From assembly GCA_039714775.1 (NCBI GenBank), contig JBDLIQ010000006.1, positions 3,695 to 67,694 on the forward strand: a DNA stretch of 64,000 nt, written 5' to 3'. Numbering within the stretch: the first letter of the stretch is position 1; each line of letters begins with the position of its first letter. Under the pieces are notes generated by a model that saw only the letters and a list, made by a program, of their open reading frames with translations, was not told the origin of the DNA and did not search any database. This DNA is from Bacteroidota bacterium. Its GTDB lineage: Bacteria; Bacteroidota; Bacteroidia; Bacteroidales; GCA-2748055. Of this stretch, positions 11,701 to 18,697 are shown piece by piece. The translations under genes were made by a program, and so were the position numbers.

Positions 11701-12862
11701 TGGCAATCCATAATTTTTTATCCGAAGTTTCAATAATCTCGCTAACCGCATTTCCACCCAGGATTTTATGGCCTCCATCTGCATATATCCTTCTGAAACC
11801 CTGCGGCCTCAGGGTTGTATAGTTGACCCCTCCAAAATAGGTCCCGATCCACATCATGTCATCCCTTGACCTGAAGATTGAATAGATGGCCTTATCGTTC
11901 AATCCCTTTTCATACAGATTAAAATTCTGACCATAAAACTGAAAAGTTTCTGCGGAGGCATCATAGATGTACAGACCCGATTCCGTACCTATCCACAGCC
12001 TGCCGTTTGCATCCTCGCTGATGGTCCGCACAAAATTATCTTCGATGGGGTTCACACCCCGCTGTAGTTTAAGGGAATGAAACTCATCTGATTCATAATC
12101 GTAATAAGCCAGTCCGTCCCTCTTGGTACCAAGCCACACCTTTCCTGAGGAGTCTTTAAACAGGCACTCCACATTTGAAGAGGACATGTCGAAACCGGCC
12201 ACATTCCCCATTGCATTTGAGTATCTCCTGATGATCTCACCCTCCACATTCATCACCAGGATTTCATTTCCATACAATCCCCAGATCACCCCCGTTCTGA
12301 ACTCACAAAGGTCCCTGAACTGGCTGTATCCTCCCAATTGTCTGATCTGCTTCTCCCGGTTGACCAGAAAAAGGCCCACGTCAGAGGATATCAAAACCTC
12401 ACCGGATGACAATTCAATCATACTGGCAACATTTCCCAGGGATTTTTGCCTGCAGAGTAATTCGGTAAATGAATCTGTCAACTTTTCATAAACCGCACCC
12501 CCCTGCAGGGTTCCTATAAACAGATCCCCCGATTCTGTCACGCAAAGCCGTGGAATGTGGTTCCCGGGAATGGTCAATATCCCGTCCCGGTAATAGGATG
12601 TAATCTCGTGTCCGTCATATCTGTTCAGCCCCTGCCTTGTGGCTATCCAGATGAAACCCTCCTTATCCTGGATGATACTAAATACCGTATTGTTTGACAA
12701 TCCCTGTATGGATGTGATCTGATTAAACTGAAGATCAGCATAGATCTCTCTGCCGGAACCATAGAGGCCCGGAGCAAAGAATAGCAGGGCCAGGATCATC
12801 CATAAATTGATATATGAAGCTATATTTCGCAAGAATTGACCTGATTGAACGTGAGTACCCAA
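8723..12862 (-). CDS. Hybrid two-component system sensor kinase/response regulator with AraC-type HTH (HTCS1)
   Basis: 1379-aa ORF. Periplasmic two-propeller (Reg_prop-like) repeats. TM helix (FWLSVWGYILYGFLIVSV). H-box FFTYISHEFKTPLTLI. ATPase motifs (TVTDNGQGL, GSGIGLSLV). Receiver domain (LLIVEDN ... DLIISDIMMPHMDG ... LTSK). C-terminal AraC HTH (VGFNDPAYFSRAFKKLFNKNPSE). The track start at 12862 is TTG. The real start may be TTG 12832 or ATG 12799 (see findings). Confidence 0.9.
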   Translation of the reverse strand: MGTHVQSGQFLRNIASYINLWMILALLFFAPGLYGSGREIYADLQFNQITSIQGLSNNTVFSIIQDKEGFIWIATRQGLNRYDGHEITSYYRDGILTIPGNHIPRLCVTESGDLFIGTLQGGAVYEKLTDSFTELLCRQKSLGNVASMIELSSGEVLISSDVGLFLVNREKQIRQLGGYSQFRDLCEFRTGVIWGLYGNEILVMNVEGEIIRRYSNAMGNVAGFDMSSSNVECLFKDSSGKVWLGTKRDGLAYYDYESDEFHSLKLQRGVNPIEDNFVRTISEDANGRLWIGTESGLYIYDASAETFQFYGQNFNLYEKGLNDKAIYSIFRSRDDMMWIGTYFGGVNYTTLRPQGFRRIYADGGHKILGGNAVSEIIETSDKKLWIATEDGGISILDPGTGTFSYLKHTPGDPGSLSSNNVHALEEDHEGNVWIGTFIGGLNRYDAQSGHVERIELSPPVNMEEDVYSKSLFSIHIDSKGRIWVGSIEGLYMKEIEDDQFKIWKPELFNNNFIYHVEEDHSGNIWACSYEQGIYKIDPDMHVLNYRKGTNRDILSDRFIFCYFDSEGFTWFGSEEGGLLKYDPARDHFTSYGVEEGLPSNTVYAIAEDLEGKLWLSTGRGLSMLDPHSEQFVNYTGNDGLVSNQFNFRSGLLTSSGIIYFGAVNGLTYFDPGKLEKPDTRPVIHFVDFKLSNESLEVGKEDILTTHIDFQEEITLRYRHKVFTFDFVALNYYAPGNTEYAFFLEGLEEGWNYVGNQRSATYTNLSPGKYIFHLKASAGGGVWTGEERTVSLHMKPPFWLSVWGYILYGFLIVSVTLMSVRFYMVRQRELMNISLAKMEKEKNEEISKHRINFFTYISHEFKTPLTLIIATLEHVMSDENLLPAMKDYGTLMKKNATRLLVLISQLMDFRKIETDHVRLKFNRGDVVAFIQSTFESFNPLMEKRSVEGTFTTNRDSYITFFDADKFEKILTNLLSNACKSFEKQGKIDVDVRISERSHLASPESEKTGSIIITVTDNGQGLTAENRKHIFEPFVSSDSREFPGSGIGLSLVHSLVKYLGGKIVMTSPRAGGTRAVVQLPLVHNPDPGLIQDDRFIEKNTSFTPDDVLPDYKSEPFVEFDVQDHASVTKYELLIVEDNMELASFLKHHFSGVFKVIIAGNGEEALKRIKKAQPDLIISDIMMPHMDGFRLCNAVKNSIETSHIPMILLTSKVDAESRVDGLLLGADAYISKPFNLKELDLQVRNILRSRENLRKHLSGTDSFSETTDSLGNRDQVFIKQLSDTVFRHLDDGRFGVDQFCKEMNVSRTHLHMKLKKMTGLTSSEFIRNIRLKEANKLLLKGEFSVSEIAYRVGFNDPAYFSRAFKKLFNKNPSEVNSSSVQG

Positions 12863-12883
12863 AATCTGAACAAATGTACAAAA
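12846..12883 (+). promoter_or_regulatory. Candidate AraC/HTCS operator, copy A: TGAACgtgaGTAC-N8-TGAACaaatGTACaaaa
   Basis: Two TGAAC-N4-GTAC direct repeats with starts 21 nt apart (12846 and 12867). They end 74 nt before the SusC ATG at 12954. The same architecture occurs at 49409-49446 (-) and 51871-51908 (+). Confidence 0.55.
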
Positions 12884-12953
12884 TGGTCATTACATCCGTT
12901 CCGTAACTTGTGTACAAATTAGTTTTTTATACTAACTAAAACCTAATCTAACT

Positions 12954-15947
12954 ATGAAACGTAAGTTACTCTTCGTTATCCTGTCAATTTTTTTTGTTGG
13001 CATAATCAATGCACAGGATAACCAGATAACCGGAAAGGTTACCGAATCTTCCGGAGAGACACTGCCTGGGGCTACTGTAATGGAGAAAGGCACCTCAAAC
13101 GGAACTGTCACAGACATTGATGGGAACTATACCATTACTGTTTCAGACCAGAATGCTGTCCTGATAATCTCTTATGTTGGTTACCTCTCACAGGAGATAG
13201 CTGTAGGGCAACAAACTTCAATCAGCGTAGTCCTTGAGCTGGATATCGCCTCCATGGAGGAGGTGGTAGTCATTGGTTATGGTACAGTCAAGAAAAAGGA
13301 CCTTACCGGTGCTGTTTCAGTGGTTGACACAGACGCTTTCCAGGATGCCCAGTCACTTTCAGTGGGAGACGCTATCCAGGGACTTGCCTCAGGTGTAACC
13401 GTGCGTTCAAATGGTGAGATCGGCAGTGAACCCAATATTATTATACGGGGAATCGGCAACATCAGCAACAACAACCCCCTGTATGTGATTGATGGTTTCA
13501 TCACAACAGGCGGCATCAGGGACCTGAACGTGAATGACATTGCATCGGTTCAGATACTGAAAGATGCCTCTGCAGCAGCCATTTACGGAAACAGGGCTGC
13601 CAACGGGGTAATTATTATCACCACAAAGAAAGGTAAAGCTGGTGAACCAATGATTGACTTTTCAGCCAAATTCGGTATGGAAAAATTACCGGCACTGAAC
13701 CTGATGGATACAACCGATTTCTTCTACTATAATGACATGGCCTATGACAATGCCGGCAGGCAGAGGCAGGATCATTATGACAACAATACCGACTGGGAGA
13801 AGGAGGGTTTGCAAACAGGCTTCTCACACGATTACAACCTGGGAATTTCAGGAGGAAGTGAGAACAGCAGCTACCTTGTCTCTGCAAACTATCTGAAGAA
13901 CACCGGTACTTTCATTGGCACAGACCTCGAGAGATATAGTATTCGGGTAAATACTGAAGCCACAAAAGGCATACTTACCGTGGGCGAGAACTTTGCCTTT
14001 AGCAATACCGCAGTCACACCCTACAGCGGAGGCAATGCAATTACAGATGTGATGCGTATGACACCGGATATTGCTGTGTATGACTCAACACATTTCGGAG
14101 GATTCGGTTTCGGAGATGAAGCCAGAGCCCGTACTTTTGGAACCAACCCCATTGCCATCCAGGAGCTTGTCAGACGGCGTCAGCAGAACGCCCGTATCCG
14201 TGGTAATCTGTTTGCAGAGGCACAGATCTTTAAGTTTCTGAAATATAAGATGACCGTGGGTTATGAATCCAGTTTCGATGCATTCCATATGTTACGAAAG
14301 GAGGGTGACTTTACCCTAAACCTGCCCTACCAACCATCTTTTGTCTATGATAACAGAGCAAGGTACCAATCCTTCCTTTTTGATAACCTTGTTACGTTCG
14401 ATAAGAGTTTTGACGGACATACGATCAATGCAATCGTTGGTTCAAGTTACCAGCGGGAAGCTTACGATCAGATAAATGGCCATTATCAGGATATTTTTGT
14501 AGCAGGTGGGGAGTATCTTGATGTCCTTGATGCAGGATCCACCAGTCCCAAAGTTGGAGGATTTCGCAATGAGATTTACCGCATCTCCTATTTCGGGCGT
14601 GTAAATTATGACTACAACGGAAAGTACCTCCTCAGTGCAACATTAAGGAGAGACGCAACTTCCCAGTTTGGCCCCAATTACCGGACAGGCTATTTCCCAT
14701 CCCTCTCTGCCGGCTGGAGGATGAGTGAAGAGGAGTTCTTTAATGTTGACTGGATCGATAACCTGAAGGCAAGGGCCAGTTATGGTGAATTGGGAAACAG
14801 CGCCTTCGGCGGACAATATGATTATATAGCGAGCATGACCACATTCCCGCTTGCAGTATTTGGAACCGACACCGAAACAATATTAAGTGGTGCCACACAA
14901 CGGGAGCTGGTCAATGAGGACCTGACCTGGGAAACATCGAAACAGACAAATATCGGTGTTGATGCCGGATTTCTCTCAAACAAACTGCAGATTTCAGCAG
15001 ACTACTACATCTCCATTACAGAAGATGTGCTGGTTACCTTCCCGATTCTCATTGCAACCGGTAACGATGGAGGTAACCCCTGGGTCAACGCAGGGAGCCT
15101 GAAGAACTCCGGAATTGAACTGGACCTGACCTGGCGAGAGACACGGGGTGACTTCAGATACTCTGTTTCTGCCAATTTTACCACAATTAAAAACGAGGTT
15201 CTGGACCTGCCCTATGGCGACAACACCATTATCACCGGACTGTGTATCACAAAAATCGGGGAACCTATGGCCATGTTCTACCTGGTTGAAACCGATGGCA
15301 TCTTTCAAAGTGAGGAAGAGGTGCTGGCCCATGTGAATTCTGAAGGGACCGTTATACAACCCGAAGCAGAACCGGGTGACATCCGGTATGTGGATTATGA
15401 TGACAATGGCATCATCTCAGCAGCCGGCGACCGCCAGGTTCTGGGAAATCCCTGGCCAAAAATTCAGGCAGGTATACAATTCAGCGCGGCCTACAAGAAT
15501 TTTGATTTTGCGATGAACAGTTTTGGTGCATTCGGACAGACCGTATTTGCCGGGACCCGGTCCATGCTGGAGCGGTTTAATGACAACTCCAACTACAGGT
15601 ATGGGATGGAACATCCCTGGACGCCGGAAAACACCAACACTGATTTTCCAAGGGTACTTTACGGTGATGAGAGAAACTCCGTCGGATGGACTAACAGGTG
15701 GCTTGAAAGCGGTTCATACTTCAAAATCCAGCAGGTAACAGTTGGATACACCTTCAACTTCGAACCCATCAAGAAGCACATACAAAACCTGAGAGCAGCT
15801 CTGTCCGTACAAAACCCGATTACTTTTACAAATTACAGCGGGCTGGATCCCGAGTTTAATAACTGGAATGTTCTTGAGTTCGGAGTGGATGGCAACTCTT
15901 ATCCTTCACCCAGAATTGTTAGTTTCTCATTAACCGCCAAATTCTAA
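12954..15947 (+). CDS. SusC/RagA-family TonB-dependent transporter (PUL-A)
   Basis: 997 aa with a signal peptide. CarboxypepD_reg-like N-domain (ITGKVTESSGETLPGATVMEKGTSNGTVTDIDGNYTI). Plug (EVVVIGYG, IIIRGIG, ILKDASAAAIYGNRAANGVIIITTKKG). C-terminal ...SLTAKF. Followed 18 nt later by SusD. Confidence 0.92.
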   Translation: MKRKLLFVILSIFFVGIINAQDNQITGKVTESSGETLPGATVMEKGTSNGTVTDIDGNYTITVSDQNAVLIISYVGYLSQEIAVGQQTSISVVLELDIASMEEVVVIGYGTVKKKDLTGAVSVVDTDAFQDAQSLSVGDAIQGLASGVTVRSNGEIGSEPNIIIRGIGNISNNNPLYVIDGFITTGGIRDLNVNDIASVQILKDASAAAIYGNRAANGVIIITTKKGKAGEPMIDFSAKFGMEKLPALNLMDTTDFFYYNDMAYDNAGRQRQDHYDNNTDWEKEGLQTGFSHDYNLGISGGSENSSYLVSANYLKNTGTFIGTDLERYSIRVNTEATKGILTVGENFAFSNTAVTPYSGGNAITDVMRMTPDIAVYDSTHFGGFGFGDEARARTFGTNPIAIQELVRRRQQNARIRGNLFAEAQIFKFLKYKMTVGYESSFDAFHMLRKEGDFTLNLPYQPSFVYDNRARYQSFLFDNLVTFDKSFDGHTINAIVGSSYQREAYDQINGHYQDIFVAGGEYLDVLDAGSTSPKVGGFRNEIYRISYFGRVNYDYNGKYLLSATLRRDATSQFGPNYRTGYFPSLSAGWRMSEEEFFNVDWIDNLKARASYGELGNSAFGGQYDYIASMTTFPLAVFGTDTETILSGATQRELVNEDLTWETSKQTNIGVDAGFLSNKLQISADYYISITEDVLVTFPILIATGNDGGNPWVNAGSLKNSGIELDLTWRETRGDFRYSVSANFTTIKNEVLDLPYGDNTIITGLCITKIGEPMAMFYLVETDGIFQSEEEVLAHVNSEGTVIQPEAEPGDIRYVDYDDNGIISAAGDRQVLGNPWPKIQAGIQFSAAYKNFDFAMNSFGAFGQTVFAGTRSMLERFNDNSNYRYGMEHPWTPENTNTDFPRVLYGDERNSVGWTNRWLESGSYFKIQQVTVGYTFNFEPIKKHIQNLRAALSVQNPITFTNYSGLDPEFNNWNVLEFGVDGNSYPSPRIVSFSLTAKF

Positions 15948-15965
15948 TAAGAAAAAAACAGAGCC

Positions 15966-17573
15966 ATGTTAAAGAAATATATCATATTACTAGCAATATC
16001 TACAGGACTTCTCTCCTGTAACGAAGATATCCTGAACGTGGAGAACCCCAATGTACCTACACAGGATACATTCTGGGGAACCGTCGATGATGCCCAGAAA
16101 GGATTAACAGCGGTCTACAGCCAGTTTACCAGGGTTGGTAACTGGTCGCGATGGATCTATTTCAGGTATGACCTCACCTCGGACGAGGGTTACAGCAATA
16201 CACCCTGGGGCGAACTGGGTGACTGGACCCGGTTTGTATATGTTAACTACAATTTCATACAGGGTGGACACACCATCTTCAAAGGGCACTATAAGCAGAT
16301 ATTTCAGTGCAACCAGATTATCGCCTATGCACCCGATATTGAAGGCGAGAATGATGCAGAAAATGATCTGCGGGATGCAATTATTGCCCAGGCAAAATTT
16401 ATCAGGGCATTAGACTATTTTAATCTTGTGGTGTTGTTTGAGAACCTGCCCATTTCACTTGAACCCTCCAAGGCGGGTGACAAGCATGAGGTAGGCGGTC
16501 CCGATGTAATCTATCCAATCATCATCCAGGACCTTGAGGATGCCATTGCTGATCTTCCTGAAGTGTGGACAGAAGATGCTGATAAGGGAAGGGTTACAAA
16601 GGGAGCTGCATATGCCCTGCTGGGTAAAGTATATATGCAACTGCACCAGTGGCAGGATGCAAAAGATGCATTTGACCACCTGGTTACAGGTGATCTGGCT
16701 CTCTATTACGGGCTGATGGATGACTACGTTGATAACTTCACCCACTACAAAGAGAACAACATGGAGTCTGTTTTTGAGATTCAGTTCTCTGATGCAAATG
16801 AAACCTCGATGGACATGAACAACGGTTCAGATATTGATGATGATATTGCTGAAATGTCACTGGGCAGTTCACGCTCACAATTTTTTGCGCCAACCGGCTG
16901 GAAGGATGGTCAGCCAAGACCATGGCTGGTGGATGAGTATAAGCGGGAACAGACCGTTGACTCACTTGAAAACGGCAACTATTATGATACCAGGCTGTTG
17001 ACAAGCATCATCTATCCCGATATGTTCAAGGACTTTCCCAACGTAACACTTTTCAACGGCACTATCACCAAGTGGAAGTTCACATGGAAGAAAAAACTCT
17101 TCTTCAGAAAGTATGGAGATGACTATTTTAAAGAGCGGACCGACTACTTCTCCCCCATCAATTACAGGGTGATCAGGTATGCAGATGTGCTGTTGTGCTA
17201 TGCCGAATGTCTTGCTGAGCTTGACGATGTTGCAAACGCTGTAATCTACGTGGATAGGGTAAGGCAACGCCCCAGCACCAACCTGCCACCCATGGCATCC
17301 AGTTCCGATCCCGATATAGCTGCCAGTATCAATTCCAAAGATACATTCCTGAAGAGGCTGCAGATGGAGAGATCACTGGAACTTAGCCTGGAATCTGTAA
17401 GGTGGATCGATCTCAGAAGATGGGGATTACTTGAGACACAGGAGGGTATTGATGAGCTGATCACACGTGATGCCGATTTTGAGAACTTTGAACTGGGGAA
17501 ACACCACATCCTGCCTCTGCCACAATTAGAGGTAGATAACAATCCGAATTTGGAGCAAAACCCGAATTATTAG
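15966..17573 (+). CDS. SusD/RagB-family outer-membrane glycan-binding lipoprotein (PUL-A)
   Basis: 535 aa. Lipobox LLSCNE. TPR-like helices (AYALLGKVYMQLHQWQDAKDAFDHL). Typical size and position directly after SusC. C-terminal LPQLEVDNNPNLEQNPNY. Confidence 0.88.
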   Translation: MLKKYIILLAISTGLLSCNEDILNVENPNVPTQDTFWGTVDDAQKGLTAVYSQFTRVGNWSRWIYFRYDLTSDEGYSNTPWGELGDWTRFVYVNYNFIQGGHTIFKGHYKQIFQCNQIIAYAPDIEGENDAENDLRDAIIAQAKFIRALDYFNLVVLFENLPISLEPSKAGDKHEVGGPDVIYPIIIQDLEDAIADLPEVWTEDADKGRVTKGAAYALLGKVYMQLHQWQDAKDAFDHLVTGDLALYYGLMDDYVDNFTHYKENNMESVFEIQFSDANETSMDMNNGSDIDDDIAEMSLGSSRSQFFAPTGWKDGQPRPWLVDEYKREQTVDSLENGNYYDTRLLTSIIYPDMFKDFPNVTLFNGTITKWKFTWKKKLFFRKYGDDYFKERTDYFSPINYRVIRYADVLLCYAECLAELDDVANAVIYVDRVRQRPSTNLPPMASSSDPDIAASINSKDTFLKRLQMERSLELSLESVRWIDLRRWGLLETQEGIDELITRDADFENFELGKHHILPLPQLEVDNNPNLEQNPNY

Positions 17574-17626
17574 AATTTTAAATAAGTACGTTTTATTAAT
17601 CAAATGTTTAACTAAATCTTTTAATT

Positions 17627-18586
17627 ATGAAAAAAAATCTATTCCTGTTGGCAGCAATTGCATTACTGAGCGGACAAATCTTATCCGCACAAGATCATCA
17701 CTGGCCATTAGAAACTGATCTGAACGATGTTGTTGGCATACTAGACGGAACCAACAATGGTGTATCATTTGAAAATGATGCTGTTCGTGGTGATGTTTGT
17801 TACTTCAATGGAGAGGGATATGCCAATCTACCCTCTTTCATTAACGGAAATGGCACTGACCTGACTGTCGCAGTGTGGTGGCGTATGGATGAGAAGCAGG
17901 TGTGGTCACGTATCTACACTTTCGGTACCGGTGACCAGTCCGAGCCAAAAGATGTGATGATGGTCATTCCAACCAGTGGAGCAGTTGAAGAGGGCAGTGA
18001 TCCAGCCCACAACATGTACCGCTTTACCCTGTCAGACCCTGCCGGTTGGATTGATGCCGATTTCTACAAGGAGGAGGTTGATGTTGCGCTTGACACATGG
18101 TACTACTCTGTTGTTGTGCTGAAGCCCGATTCTGTTATTGTTTATCACGATAACACCCGGATTCTTGCTGAAAGTGGTCTGACATCCAGGTCAATCGGAG
18201 AGATGAGTGATGTTGAGAATGCCCTTGGCAAAAGCTTCTGGCCGGATGCCTTATGGAAAGGTGCACTAAGTGACCTGAGGGTTTGGAACTCTGCATTAAC
18301 ATATGAAGAGGTGATGGCGCTATACAGTTCAACTATGCCAACAGGAGTTTCTGAAAAGAGCATTGATGAAGATGCTCCGAACGTATACTCCTATCTTGAC
18401 AAGATCGCTGTGGACCTGAATGAACCGTATACCGATGAGGTTGCATCTGTATACAGCATTACAGGGGCCCTTATTGCAGAGAAACCGGTTCCTGAGATCA
18501 GCCAGGTCACATTTAACACAGGAATCTATATTGTAAATGTTCATGGTTCCAGGGTTAATCATGCAACAAAGGTTTTTGTTAAGTAA
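17627..18586 (+). CDS. LamG/concanavalin-like lectin-domain protein with T9SS C-terminal sorting domain
   Basis: 319 aa with a signal peptide. LamG-like hallmarks (DGTNNGVSFENDAVRGDVCYFNG..., GALSDLRVWNSALTYEEV). C-terminal ~80 aa resemble a T9SS type-A CTD (VASVYSITGALIAEKPV ... GIYIVNVHG ... KVFVK). Paralog of 43257-44195. Confidence 0.7.
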   Translation: MKKNLFLLAAIALLSGQILSAQDHHWPLETDLNDVVGILDGTNNGVSFENDAVRGDVCYFNGEGYANLPSFINGNGTDLTVAVWWRMDEKQVWSRIYTFGTGDQSEPKDVMMVIPTSGAVEEGSDPAHNMYRFTLSDPAGWIDADFYKEEVDVALDTWYYSVVVLKPDSVIVYHDNTRILAESGLTSRSIGEMSDVENALGKSFWPDALWKGALSDLRVWNSALTYEEVMALYSSTMPTGVSEKSIDEDAPNVYSYLDKIAVDLNEPYTDEVASVYSITGALIAEKPVPEISQVTFNTGIYIVNVHGSRVNHATKVFVK

Positions 18587-18603
18587 TTAAACAACCTGAT
18601 AAA

Positions 18604-18642
18604 AGAGGGTGTTCCGCCACGGCGGACTACCCTCTTTTTTTT
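18604..18642 (+). terminator. Rho-independent terminator closing the SusC-SusD-LamG cassette of PUL-A
   Basis: AGAGGGTgttCCGCCacGGCGGactACCCTCT followed by T8. GC-rich nested stem. Confidence 0.75.
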
Positions 18643-18697
18643 CCCTTCACAATTTTGTAACTGTCTCTGATTAGGCGCTAAAATTATCTTCTCAGGT

